Of a stretch of 64,000 bases of DNA, positions 48,914 to 58,213 are shown one piece after another. The notes beneath the pieces are model-generated. The model worked only from the letters and a program-made list of their open reading frames with translations. It was not told where the DNA came from and did no database searches. The translations under genes and the position numbers were made by a program. Position 1 is the stretch's first letter; each line of letters starts with the position of its first letter. This stretch comes from a virus (taxonomy: Duplodnaviria; Caudoviricetes): positions 1-64,000 of the IMG/VR virus record IMGVR_UViG_3300013936_000021, one strand, 5' to 3'.

Positions 48914-49036
48914 GCCGCATATAGGGTGTTAAACGGATAGGCACCGGCCTATGATACACTTCTGTTATTTGTTCGTTCACGCAGAAGGCGCTTACGGGTA
49001 TTAGGGCATTACACGGTTCGACTCCGTGATGCGGCA
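48914..49036 (+). ncRNA. tRNA-like RNA 3 (long insert)
   Basis: Acceptor GCCGCAT/ATGCGGC, D stem GGTGT/GCACC, T-arm CACGG-TTCGACT-CCGTG. Confidence 0.65.
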
Positions 49037-49040
49037 CTAT

Positions 49041-49166
49041 ATGAAGAGAATTTTTTACCTAATTTACTTGATTTGCTTAGTCTTCTTGGTCGTGCTCGTT
49101 GAGGTGGTAAACTTCACCTCGCGGGCACTGACAGGGAAGCGGGCTATTAATCGTTTTCAGTTATGA
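49041..49166 (+). CDS. 41 aa membrane peptide
   Basis: MKRIFYLIYLICLVFLVVLVEVVNFTSRALTGKRAINRFQL. Confidence 0.5.
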   Translation: MKRIFYLIYLICLVFLVVLVEVVNFTSRALTGKRAINRFQL

Positions 49167-49262
49167 CTATCATCGTATTCGCTTGCGCAACAACATTCGT
49201 GTGCGCTATCGTCGGAGCATGGCTCGGCGATTGTGTCGCTCGCTTCCTCGGACTTGTTAAGG

Positions 49263-49478
49263 ATGAAGACAACGAAGATGAAGAGTAACGACGCGCCAGA
49301 CATCAACGAGCACGACAGGGCGCTCATCGACAGGGCGCGCAGCCAAGAGTGCTATCGTGACTTCGGAAAGGTCCACGCCCTCATGAGAGAGGCGGAAACA
49401 GAGAAGGGGAAAGAAATCCTGCACGGCATAGCAAGCGACTATTACCACGCAGAGGAATGGTCGTGCGGGATGCTTTAA
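49263..49478 (+). CDS. Hypothetical protein
   Basis: YHAEE C-terminal motif. Confidence 0.5.
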   Translation: MKTTKMKSNDAPDINEHDRALIDRARSQECYRDFGKVHALMREAETEKGKEILHGIASDYYHAEEWSCGML

Positions 49479-49507
49479 CCGCTAATTCACTAAAAAAATC
49501 AAACAAT

Positions 49508-49957
49508 ATGGAAAACTTAAAATCACACACAGGAAAGTTCTATGAGGTGACAGCAAAGATGGCCGAAACGCAGGAGGATGGCGCAACGAAAGATGTCAAG
49601 CGCACCATTGCCGTTGAAGCGGAATCGTTTGGCGACGCAGAGAGCAAGGCTCTTGAAGAGTTCGTCGGAACAGACGTAGACGTGACGAACATCAATGTCG
49701 CAAAGTACAAGGAGGTGTTCCTCTCTGACAACGTCAACGACGAGAACTTCTACAAGGCAAAGCTGTCGTTCATTGTCTTGGACGAGAAGACGGAGAAGGA
49801 GAAGCGTTCAAATGTCGTCTATCTCGTTCAGGCGAAGACGCTCAACACAGCCCTCAAATACATTGATGACGTTATGAGCAGGACAATGATGGACTACGAG
49901 AGCGTCGGTGTCGTGGGAACGGGCATCGAAGAGTTTTATCTCCGTGAACAATCGTGA
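49508..49957 (+). CDS. DUF4494-like protein
   Basis: VEAESFGDAE, FYKAKLSFIVLDEKTEKEKRS, YLVQA. Confidence 0.8.
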   Translation: MENLKSHTGKFYEVTAKMAETQEDGATKDVKRTIAVEAESFGDAESKALEEFVGTDVDVTNINVAKYKEVFLSDNVNDENFYKAKLSFIVLDEKTEKEKRSNVVYLVQAKTLNTALKYIDDVMSRTMMDYESVGVVGTGIEEFYLREQS

Positions 49958-50136
49958 AGCCTATGGAAAACAAGAAGATTGAATCATTAAGGCAGCTTCA
50001 CGACTGCCTTCTCTTTATCCCACGCAAAGAGGCGATCGAACTGCAAAAGTTCGCCTTGTGGCTTAATTACCGCGATGGCGTTGGACGGAAGCTCGACAGG
50101 GAAACGTTGACTTTCAAGAACAGGCCGGAGTTTTAA
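49954..50136 (+). CDS. Hypothetical protein
   Basis: Small coupled ORF. Confidence 0.45.
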   Translation: MKPMENKKIESLRQLHDCLLFIPRKEAIELQKFALWLNYRDGVGRKLDRETLTFKNRPEF

Positions 50137-50187
50137 CAGACATCCGGCATAAATTAGCTACAAATCCAGTAAAACTATAAAGAAAGA

Positions 50188-51024
50188 ATGACAACACAGG
50201 TTACAACAACACAGAATACAAGCATGTCGCTTGGCGAGCTTATGCACTCGCCTGCCGTGGTTGGAAAACTCAACGAGGTGTGGAATAGCCCACAGATGGC
50301 AAACAGTTTTATGAGCTCGGTTATCAGTGTGGCTAACGGCAACCCACAGCTCCGACGCGCTGAACCCATGAGCATCATTGGCGCAGCGATGGTTGCGGCA
50401 ACAATGCAGTTGCAGGTTATCCCAACGCTTGGTCAGTGCTACATCATCCCCTATGGAAGCAAGGCCCAATTTCAAATTGGCTACCTCGGCCTGCTCCAAT
50501 TATGCCAGAGAAGCGGCCAGTTCAAGAAGATTCTTGCCGCACCTGTACATGAAGGCGAGTATGTGTCAGGTGACGAGTTCGATGAAGATTATGTTTTCGA
50601 CAAGAAACAGAAGAAGTCTGACAAAGTTATTGGCTACATGGCCAAGTTCGAGCTTCTGAACGGCTTTACAAAGGTCGCCTATTGGGATATAGACAAGGTG
50701 AAAGCGCATGCACAGAAGTTCTCGCAAGCATACAGAAACGGCTATAACTCGCCATGGAAGTCGGACTTTGACGCTATGGCGCAAAAGACGGTTCTCAAAT
50801 CTATATTGAAATATGCGCCTAAGTCTATTGAGATGCAAAATGCCGTCACCTTCGACCAAGCGGTTGTAAACACCAATGTTTCCGATGTCCAAGACTTGGA
50901 TATAGACGCTTTCGCTCCTGAGTATGTTGACAACCTCGAAAGCGAGAAGAAGGAAAATCTCGCCGCCAAAGCTGCTGAGGCAACAAAACAGGAAGCCGCC
51001 GCTAAGAAGGAAGAGAAGAAATGA
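50188..51024 (+). CDS. recT: RecT-family ssDNA annealing protein
   Basis: LGQCYIIPY, AQFQIGYLGLLQL, WKSDFDAMAQKTVLK, YAPKSIEM. Confidence 0.92.
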   Translation: MTTQVTTTQNTSMSLGELMHSPAVVGKLNEVWNSPQMANSFMSSVISVANGNPQLRRAEPMSIIGAAMVAATMQLQVIPTLGQCYIIPYGSKAQFQIGYLGLLQLCQRSGQFKKILAAPVHEGEYVSGDEFDEDYVFDKKQKKSDKVIGYMAKFELLNGFTKVAYWDIDKVKAHAQKFSQAYRNGYNSPWKSDFDAMAQKTVLKSILKYAPKSIEMQNAVTFDQAVVNTNVSDVQDLDIDAFAPEYVDNLESEKKENLAAKAAEATKQEAAAKKEEKK

Positions 51025-51656
51025 TCACCAATCAGATAATGAAACGTCCGCTCGCCAACTTTACGGTTGAACAGCGGACAAAGGACGGGTATTTTAATAG
51101 TACCGAACTTTTGAAGTCTTGGAACGCCGCAAATTCTTCCAATAAGGAATTGAAGGATTATCTATCCAACAAGACTACGCAAGAATTTATAAAAGCCCTT
51201 TGTGAAGAAGAAAATCTAAATGGGGAGAAAAGTCCCTATTTGGCTTCGAGAGGTAAGAACGGTGGTACTTGGATGCATCCTCTTCTTTTTATCGACTTTG
51301 CGATGTGGCTCAATCCAACTTTCAAGGTGAAAGTGTTGCGGTTTGTTTATGACCAGATGCTGACATATCGCAACGAGGCAGGAGACGCTTACAAGGAGTT
51401 AGCATCTGCCATGAGCAAAATTTGCACTCCGCACCAAATGAAACGTTACATGCCAATTCTTGGGAAAGGGATAAACTACATCGTGACAGGTAAGCATGAA
51501 CAACAGCTCAGAAACGAGTATGGTACGGAAGAGACGCAAAAGGAATACTTCGAACTCGAAAAGCAGGTTGCCATGCTCATTAATGAGGGGTTCTTGAAAA
51601 CTCCAGAAGAAGTTGCGAATTACCTTCGCCGCAAGTTTCAAAAGAAATACTTTTAG
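51021..51656 (+). CDS. KilA-N domain protein (paralog of 39139-39771)
   Basis: QRTKDGYFNSTELL...GGTWMHPLLFIDFAMWLNP. Confidence 0.88.
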   Translation: MITNQIMKRPLANFTVEQRTKDGYFNSTELLKSWNAANSSNKELKDYLSNKTTQEFIKALCEEENLNGEKSPYLASRGKNGGTWMHPLLFIDFAMWLNPTFKVKVLRFVYDQMLTYRNEAGDAYKELASAMSKICTPHQMKRYMPILGKGINYIVTGKHEQQLRNEYGTEETQKEYFELEKQVAMLINEGFLKTPEEVANYLRRKFQKKYF

Positions 51657-51659
51657 CCT

Positions 51660-52364
51660 ATGATCACCGACAACATCGAACAACGCTCCTTGGATTGGTA
51701 CCGTTCACGCATGGGCAACATCTGCGGGAGCAAGGTCGCTGACATCATGAAGACTGGAAGGAGAAGAGACGAGAAGTTTGGCGACACCGCAAAGAGTTAC
51801 ATCTTGCAGGTGGCCGCCGAACGCCTCTTCAACCAAGACTTCCTCAACGATAACGATGTCTTCCAAGACTACCTCGACCAGACGAACTACACCACCAAGG
51901 CCATGCAGTGGGGCGTTGAGCAAGAGGAAGCGGCCAAGTCGCTCTTCCTGTCCATGAACAACGACAGCGGCAATGAGCTTGTCTATGCCGAGCTTTCGTC
52001 GTGCAAGCATGACATCATCCCGCACTTTGCGGCAAGCCCTGACGGACTTGTCTATCGACGCGGAGAAGAAGGCCAGTACACGCTTGAAGTCAAATGCCCC
52101 AACCTCAACACTTACATGAAGTACCGCACGTTCATACATGATGCGCCTTCGCTGAAAGAGGTTGAGCAGAAGTACTATTGGCAAGTGCTGGCCGAGATGA
52201 GCTGCACGGGTGCCGTGGGCGCATATTTCATCGCTTACTGCCCGTGGCTCACAAAGCCGATACACTGGATCAGCATCGAGCGAGAGGATGTGATGGGCGA
52301 CATCAAGCTCTTAGAGGAGCGTGTGGTTCTTGCTAACCACATGATAGACGAAATCATCAAATAA
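51660..52364 (+). CDS. YqaJ/lambda-exonuclease family
   Basis: QRSLDWYRSRMG, MQWGVEQE, ASPDGL, EVKCP, YYWQV. Confidence 0.9.
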   Translation: MITDNIEQRSLDWYRSRMGNICGSKVADIMKTGRRRDEKFGDTAKSYILQVAAERLFNQDFLNDNDVFQDYLDQTNYTTKAMQWGVEQEEAAKSLFLSMNNDSGNELVYAELSSCKHDIIPHFAASPDGLVYRRGEEGQYTLEVKCPNLNTYMKYRTFIHDAPSLKEVEQKYYWQVLAEMSCTGAVGAYFIAYCPWLTKPIHWISIEREDVMGDIKLLEERVVLANHMIDEIIK

Positions 52365-52383
52365 CAATAACAGCAAAACGACA

Positions 52384-52818
52384 ATGAATTTACAGGTAAC
52401 AGGAGTAGTAACGAAGATACTCCCAAAAGCAGAAGGCGTTTCAGGCTCCGGCAATCAGTGGGCCAAACAGGAGTTCATCCTCACCACACAGGAGCAATAT
52501 CCGAAGACTATTTGCTTCACTCTGTTCGGGCAGGATAAGATAGACCAGTTCGCCCTGAATGTCAACGAGCAAGTGACAGTCAGTTTCGACATTAAGTCTC
52601 GTGAGTACAATGGCCGTTGGTTCACGGATGTCAACGTATGGAACATTGCGCGGCCAGGCGGTCAGCAACAGCAGTACCAGCAACAGTCGCCATTGGCCGC
52701 TCAGCAACAGGCCAACAACGGACAGATGAATCAGATGCAGCAAGCGTCGGGGGGCGACCCATTTCAGCAGGCCGCTAACCAAGGAGGAGGCAAGAAGGAC
52801 GATGGCTTGCCTTTCTGA
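52384..52818 (+). CDS. DUF3127-type single-stranded DNA-binding protein
   Basis: WAKQEF, YPKTICF, SREYNGRWFT, acidic DDGLPF tail. Confidence 0.85.
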   Translation: MNLQVTGVVTKILPKAEGVSGSGNQWAKQEFILTTQEQYPKTICFTLFGQDKIDQFALNVNEQVTVSFDIKSREYNGRWFTDVNVWNIARPGGQQQQYQQQSPLAAQQQANNGQMNQMQQASGGDPFQQAANQGGGKKDDGLPF

Positions 52819-52957
52819 CAAGGCAAAGGATGGTGTGAGGCTCCTTCTTGAAGCCTTCCCAAACTCGCAAGTCATGTTAATTGAATAAATAAGGATGAAG
52901 CCCCGTGATACGCACTCTATAAGGCGTTGAGCGGGGTTTCTTTACAATGCGAAAAGA

Positions 52958-53629
52958 ATGTTTATACATGATGCCCTTTTTGACAAGGTGGGAGACCAGA
53001 TAGTGATGAATGTTCTTTTCTATCTTGTTAGGATAGCTGATGAAAATGGCAATGTGCACGAAAGCTATTCTGACATAGGAAAAGCGGTCGGTTATTCCAA
53101 ATCTACCACCTATAGGTGCGTGAAAAAACTACTCAACATCGATGCCCTAAAACTATTAACAGATATTAACAGAAACGACACTGAAACGCTCGTGAAACGC
53201 TCGCGAAACGAAAAATGCGTTATAAGCGTCTGTAATATAGCAGCTTACAAAAGGGGCGAAACGCTCGTGAAACGCTCGCGAAACGATACTGAAACGATTT
53301 CGCAAGAAAAACAAGCCCGAAATCATGAGCAAAACAAGGGCGAAATATTCTTCGAAGACGAAACAATGAACGAAGCCATAAAGAAATGGCTAAAGTATAA
53401 AAAAGAGAGGAAACAGACATATAAGCCGATGGGGTTGGCCGTGCTAAAGACAAAACTTCTAAAGCTGTCTCATAACGATGGTGAAACAATGATGAAGATT
53501 GTTGAACAGTCAATAGCAAACAATTATCTCGGCCTCTTCCCCCTAAAAGAAGAATTGAGTACGCCATCTAACATAGGAGTGGTACTACACAACTCAAAAG
53601 ATAAAGATTATACTAAAGGACTTTGGTGA
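52958..53629 (+). CDS. Replication initiator (HTH, internal iterons)
   Basis: N-terminal HTH, repeated ETLVKRSRN, C-terminal WLKYK...QSIANNYLGLF. Confidence 0.8.
   Translation: MFIHDALFDKVGDQIVMNVLFYLVRIADENGNVHESYSDIGKAVGYSKSTTYRCVKKLLNIDALKLLTDINRNDTETLVKRSRNEKCVISVCNIAAYKRGETLVKRSRNDTETISQEKQARNHEQNKGEIFFEDETMNEAIKKWLKYKKERKQTYKPMGLAVLKTKLLKLSHNDGETMMKIVEQSIANNYLGLFPLKEELSTPSNIGVVLHNSKDKDYTKGLW
53172..53297 (+). repeat. Iterons / probable origin
   Basis: GAAACGCTCGTGAAACGCTCGCGAAACGA twice (53183, 53258) plus further GAAACG copies. Confidence 0.75.
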
Positions 53630-53630
53630 T

Positions 53631-54236
53631 ATGGATATTGATTTTAAGAATATTGTAGAAAGATTCCAGGATGGAGCAAGTATTCCGCTCCCGGATGTTG
53701 TAAACTTGCGCATACCGAACGCGGAAAAACGCCTTCGGGCTGGACTTGACTATTTCGTCAGAGTGTTTTCAAGGGGCGGAGTCAAGTGCGCTGCATGGAA
53801 CGAGAATAACTATAGGCCAATCGTCGATTGGATGTCAGACAATAAAGGAAGAGGCTTGCTGATGATCGGAAATTGCGGACTTGGCAAAACGCTTATCGGG
53901 AAATACATACTACCATATCTCATGCGCGACTCTTGCGGAAGAATATTGAATGTGTTTAATGCACAAGAACTCAACACAAGGCCTGATGAAATCATGCGCT
54001 ATCACCTTATTTATATTGACGATATAGGAACAGAGGACGTATCAAACATCTACGGCAATAAACGAATCCCGTTTATGGAACTTTGCGATGCAGTTGAGCA
54101 AAAAGGCAAATTGCTCATTTGCTCCACAAACTTAACTCTTGATGAGCTCTCTCGGAAATACGGTGACAGAACAATAGATAGATTAAAGGCTACAACTAAG
54201 GTGGTCCCGTTTGTCGGTTGCTCTCTAAGAAAGTGA
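53631..54236 (+). CDS. DnaC-like helicase loader ATPase
   Basis: GNCGLGKT, IDDIGTE, STNL, YGDRTIDRL. Confidence 0.88.
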   Translation: MDIDFKNIVERFQDGASIPLPDVVNLRIPNAEKRLRAGLDYFVRVFSRGGVKCAAWNENNYRPIVDWMSDNKGRGLLMIGNCGLGKTLIGKYILPYLMRDSCGRILNVFNAQELNTRPDEIMRYHLIYIDDIGTEDVSNIYGNKRIPFMELCDAVEQKGKLLICSTNLTLDELSRKYGDRTIDRLKATTKVVPFVGCSLRK

Positions 54237-54375
54237 TGCTTATGGCAAACGTTAACGAACAGGCCGAGAAGTGGGCGAGCAGCCACCCCGAAGCCACTAC
54301 GAAAGAAGCATATCTCGCCGGCTATTGGCAATCTACCGAAAACTGGTGCAATAGAAAAAGATAACAACAAACACA

Positions 54376-54675
54376 TTGACTATGAAACAGACATCAACAA
54401 TCGACTTCACAACGAACGTCACGACAAGCGAGGCGTTTGTGTACATCGGACGGTTCGCAGCCGTCATCTTCAAGAACATGTTCAACGGCATAGATAAGGC
54501 CGCTCATCGTTGGCCGTGGGCGTTCATCATGCCCATCATCATCGCTTCTGTCGTCACATGCTTTGTCCTCGTGGCCCAGGCGCGTGCCGAGCGTGACCAC
54601 TACAATCAGCTCAACGCTCACCTCCAACAACAGGTGGACAGCTACAAGGCCGCATTTGGCGAGGAAGGGGGGTGA
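54376..54675 (+). CDS. Membrane protein
   Basis: One TM segment then coiled coil. Confidence 0.5.
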   Translation: MTMKQTSTIDFTTNVTTSEAFVYIGRFAAVIFKNMFNGIDKAAHRWPWAFIMPIIIASVVTCFVLVAQARAERDHYNQLNAHLQQQVDSYKAAFGEEGG

Positions 54676-54678
54676 GAA

Positions 54679-55056
54679 ATGAGTAATCCGAAATATATCC
54701 CTGGGGATTTGGTGATGTATGATGGTAAAATCTGCAAAGTTGAAGAGATAAAGAATAATTATCTATTTAAGACGAAGAACTATACTTTGCAATTCCCTAA
54801 TAGTAATTCATATAGTGTTGAAGAAAAAGATATTACTTCAATACCTATTACACCAGAGATTCTTGAAAAGAATGGATGGAAGAAAGAAAATGTAGGATAT
54901 TCGCCTAAAAACCAAGACCCCATCTTCCTTTATAAGGATAATGGCGGAGGTTGGGCTGTAGAGATTGGTGATGAATTTATATCGGTTATCTCTTTTGTTC
55001 ATCAACTCCAGCAACTTCTCTTTATTCTTGGCTTAGATAGCAATATGATTGTTTAG
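54679..55056 (+). CDS. Hypothetical protein (IPITPEILEKNGW family)
   Basis: Motif common in Bacteroidota phages. Confidence 0.6.
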   Translation: MSNPKYIPGDLVMYDGKICKVEEIKNNYLFKTKNYTLQFPNSNSYSVEEKDITSIPITPEILEKNGWKKENVGYSPKNQDPIFLYKDNGGGWAVEIGDEFISVISFVHQLQQLLFILGLDSNMIV

Positions 55057-55105
55057 CAGCCTTCGGGCTTAAATAGTAGTGATAAATTAACTAAATAATA
55101 GAATT

Positions 55106-55396
55106 ATGTATAAAGACATTTTAGGTAAGAAGTGCATCGTGAGAAGCTATGATGCTGGTGTTTATTTCGGTACAGTAACTAATGTTGAAGGTGAGACTGT
55201 ACGAGTGGAGAAAGTACGTAACATCTGGCAATGGGAAGGCGCTTCTTGTCTTTCTCAGATTGCTAATGGTGGCATCCGTGATGGCAAGGTTAGCCCCGTA
55301 GTTGGGTCAATGGTGCTAAATCGTTGCTGTCAGATTATCCCTTGCACGGACAAGGCAATTACTAACTTGGAAGGACAGAAAGAATGGAAGTATTAA
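55106..55396 (+). CDS. Small Sm-like phage protein
   Basis: IVRSYDAGVYFG...WQWEGASCLSQIA; commonly paired with Gly-repeat genes. Confidence 0.7.
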   Translation: MYKDILGKKCIVRSYDAGVYFGTVTNVEGETVRVEKVRNIWQWEGASCLSQIANGGIRDGKVSPVVGSMVLNRCCQIIPCTDKAITNLEGQKEWKY

Positions 55397-56181
55397 CAGA
55401 TGAGAAAATCAGAGCATTTCTCGCTTTAGATATTGGCAATGGCAATGGCGATGGCAATGGCGATGGCAATGGCGATGGCAATGGTAATGGCTATGGCAAT
55501 GGCGATGGCGATGGCGATGGCTATGGCGATGGCAATGGCTATGGCAATGGCTATGGCAATGGCGATGGCAATGGCTATGGCTATGGCAATGGCAATGGCT
55601 ATGGCTATGGCGATGGCTATGGCAATGGCTATGGCAATGGCTATGGCTATGGCGATGGCTATGGCGATGGCGATGGCTATGGCAATGGCGATGGCTATGG
55701 CAATGGCAAAGGAGTAAAAGAAATCAATGGTAGTACTGTCTATAATATAGATGATACTAATACGATAATTACATCTATTCGTGGTAATGTTGCACAAGGA
55801 TTTATCATTGAGAAGAATACTAAGCTCGCCCCTTGCTTCATTGTTAAAGAGAACAACACATTTGCTCATGGCAATACCCTGAGAGATGCTTTTACATCTT
55901 TGCAAGAAAAGTTGTATGATGATAGCACAGAAGAAGAACGCATTGAAGCTTTCACGAAGAAGTTCCCTTCATACGATACCAAGTATGACAACAGAGACCT
56001 GTTTGCTTACCACCACGTCCTCACTGGTAGTTGCCGTATGGGCAGAGAATCCTTTGTTAGTAGCAAGGGTTTGTCTCTTGATGATAAGACATCAGTCAGA
56101 GAATTTGTAGAGTTAACGAAGAATGCCTATGGCAGTGATATTATCAAGAAGCTTCCTAAAGCATACGGAGTGACAGATTAA
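55384..56181 (+). CDS. Gly-X (GN/GD/GY) repeat protein
   Basis: Long GX tract then FAHGNTLRDA and HHVLTGSCRMGR domain. Confidence 0.8.
   Translation: MEVLTDEKIRAFLALDIGNGNGDGNGDGNGDGNGNGYGNGDGDGDGYGDGNGYGNGYGNGDGNGYGYGNGNGYGYGDGYGNGYGNGYGYGDGYGDGDGYGNGDGYGNGKGVKEINGSTVYNIDDTNTIITSIRGNVAQGFIIEKNTKLAPCFIVKENNTFAHGNTLRDAFTSLQEKLYDDSTEEERIEAFTKKFPSYDTKYDNRDLFAYHHVLTGSCRMGRESFVSSKGLSLDDKTSVREFVELTKNAYGSDIIKKLPKAYGVTD
55435..55707 (+). repeat. Hexamer tandem repeat GGC(A/G/T)AT
   Basis: About 45 copies encoding GN/GD/GY. Confidence 0.95.
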
Positions 56182-56404
56182 CTAACCACCTCTCCTTGGT
56201 GACAGCAGGGAGAGGGTTAAAAGATTGAAGAAAGATGAATTTAATAGAGTTACGGAAAGAAATTTCCGCTATGATAGCAAAGCATGGCGGTAACACAATA
56301 GTCGTCAGACAAGACAGTCAATCTTGGATAAAAGACATCAATCGTTTGCAATATGCAAATATTGATGGCAAAGAAATGGTTATTATTAATTAAAAGATAA
56401 AAAT

Positions 56405-56788
56405 ATGACACGTGAGGAAGCAGCTAAGTTATTGCCAATCTTGCAAGCGTTTGCGGAAGGTAGGCAGATTGAAGGTATTTATAAAGGTCTTAAATCACCT
56501 TGGATGAGCATAGAAAATCTGGAGTTAAATGAAGGTATGGAATTTCGCGTCAAGCCAGAGCCAACCTACAGACCCTTTGCCAACGCAGAGGAGTGCTGGA
56601 AGGAAATGCAGAAGCATCAGCCGTTTGGGTGGATGAAAGTGCAAGGCCAGTACAGATTAATAGTGCGGCTGGTTGACGGTATCTTCCAAATTGATAAAGC
56701 AGACTCCGTAACGAGTTTCAAGGAAGCCATGAGATATTGCAAATTCGCAGACGGTACGCCCTTCGGCATCAAAGAAGAGGAGGAATAA
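56405..56788 (+). CDS. Hypothetical protein
   Basis: YRPFANAEECWKEMQKHQPFGW...FADGTPFG. Confidence 0.65.
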   Translation: MTREEAAKLLPILQAFAEGRQIEGIYKGLKSPWMSIENLELNEGMEFRVKPEPTYRPFANAEECWKEMQKHQPFGWMKVQGQYRLIVRLVDGIFQIDKADSVTSFKEAMRYCKFADGTPFGIKEEEE

Positions 56789-56791
56789 ACC

Positions 56792-57022
56792 ATGAGCCAC
56801 ACTGCACCAAAATGCGAGCAATGCCTGCTCTACGACCAAATCAAGTGCGGTTGCAAGGAGCAAGCATCTCCAAACTACGGCGGTCAAATATCACCGTTCA
56901 CGCCTGCTTGCGGCTGCTTCATGTCAACACATGGAGTTTATAGCCGGAAGAACAAACCGAAGAAATGGCGCAAGGTACGCACTCTTGACGATATGTGCGA
57001 CCCAACAGCAAGATTAATCTAA
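56792..57022 (+). CDS. Cys-rich small protein
   Basis: CEQC...CGC...ACGC. Confidence 0.5.
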   Translation: MSHTAPKCEQCLLYDQIKCGCKEQASPNYGGQISPFTPACGCFMSTHGVYSRKNKPKKWRKVRTLDDMCDPTARLI

Positions 57023-57053
57023 CCAAATATCACGAATAAAACCATCAAAACAA

Positions 57054-57860
57054 ATGAAATCCATCAACGATGATGTCATACGCATCGAGCGGTTCTCGAA
57101 GAACCGTTATGAAGCCTACAAGAAGAAAGGAACTCCTTTCCATGTTGTTTGCGGCAATGGTCGCCTATGTGAAGTCAAGGCTTTCGATTGTGGCAAGAAC
57201 AAAGACCAGGTGTTTGTCGAATACTTCTATAAGTATTGTGGCCGGGACCACATAGGCGGATACTACGCCAATCAAAAGACTGGCTGCACCGAAGACAAGG
57301 ATCAAGACAGCAAGCTATTCATATACCTCGGCCCGTGGTTCAAGAAAGGTGACCTCGTTGTGCGAACAACAGACGGAACAAAGGGGCGTACCATTTTCTT
57401 CTGGCATGGCATCATGCCGAAGGAGAATATGCGTCTTGAAGGCTTGGCCATGTATTCTCAACATGACGATATGCACGGCTCGCAATTCTCACGACACACA
57501 ACGGGTTACCCGATGAAAAGAGATGGCCGGGACAGTGAACTCCTAATTCAGCGCTTCCGCCTCGCTACCGACAAGGATGTCACCGACTACCGCAAGGAAC
57601 TACGCGAGCACCGCTTCACGTGGGAAGACGACGGGCGCATCTACCATTACCCACATGTGGGTGACCACTATTTTGAAATCTTCTTCAACCATGGCGTGGC
57701 CGACTTCCGCGAGCGTGTCATGGATAGCGAAGACAACCGTCCCGAAATATCACGTCTCATCATGGAGTGCGACATGACTTTTGACAGCGAGTTTCGCGAA
57801 AGGCACGTCCGAGAACGAGTGGAAAAAATCAACAAGGCTCTCGGGCTTGCAAGCGAATAA
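57054..57860 (+). CDS. Hypothetical protein
   Basis: 268 aa ORF. Confidence 0.6.
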   Translation: MKSINDDVIRIERFSKNRYEAYKKKGTPFHVVCGNGRLCEVKAFDCGKNKDQVFVEYFYKYCGRDHIGGYYANQKTGCTEDKDQDSKLFIYLGPWFKKGDLVVRTTDGTKGRTIFFWHGIMPKENMRLEGLAMYSQHDDMHGSQFSRHTTGYPMKRDGRDSELLIQRFRLATDKDVTDYRKELREHRFTWEDDGRIYHYPHVGDHYFEIFFNHGVADFRERVMDSEDNRPEISRLIMECDMTFDSEFRERHVRERVEKINKALGLASE

Positions 57861-57918
57861 GCGCACGCAAACTACGAGCGAGATACTAAGAGATTATATT
57901 GGATAAACATCAAATATC

Positions 57919-58212
57919 ATGAAGGACTTTTTCAAACGCCTGCGCACTGCATGGGCGGTGCTCAGAGGAGATTACAAGTGGGTGGCAGATAACGCTGACG
58001 ATCTTTCCGCTATTATCAACGGCCGTCGCGTAGACAAGAGTTTCCCTGCTACAGAAGAGGAGGACGCAAGATTAACATCGGCAGGGCAAATACTTTCAAA
58101 GAATATTCCATTCATCGCAATATGGAAGCTTTTAGGAAATTGTTATGTATCCTACTGCGGAACAGAACAAGAGCTTGAAGAGCTAAAGAACCAAGAAATA
58201 ACGATTGATTAA
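57919..58212 (+). CDS. Hypothetical protein
   Basis: 97 aa ORF. Confidence 0.5.
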   Translation: MKDFFKRLRTAWAVLRGDYKWVADNADDLSAIINGRRVDKSFPATEEEDARLTSAGQILSKNIPFIAIWKLLGNCYVSYCGTEQELEELKNQEITID

Positions 58213-58213
58213 C

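Noticed and set aside
55426-55905. Poly-MA and poly-IA ORFs
   Set aside because: Alternate-frame readings of the Gly-X hexamer repeat
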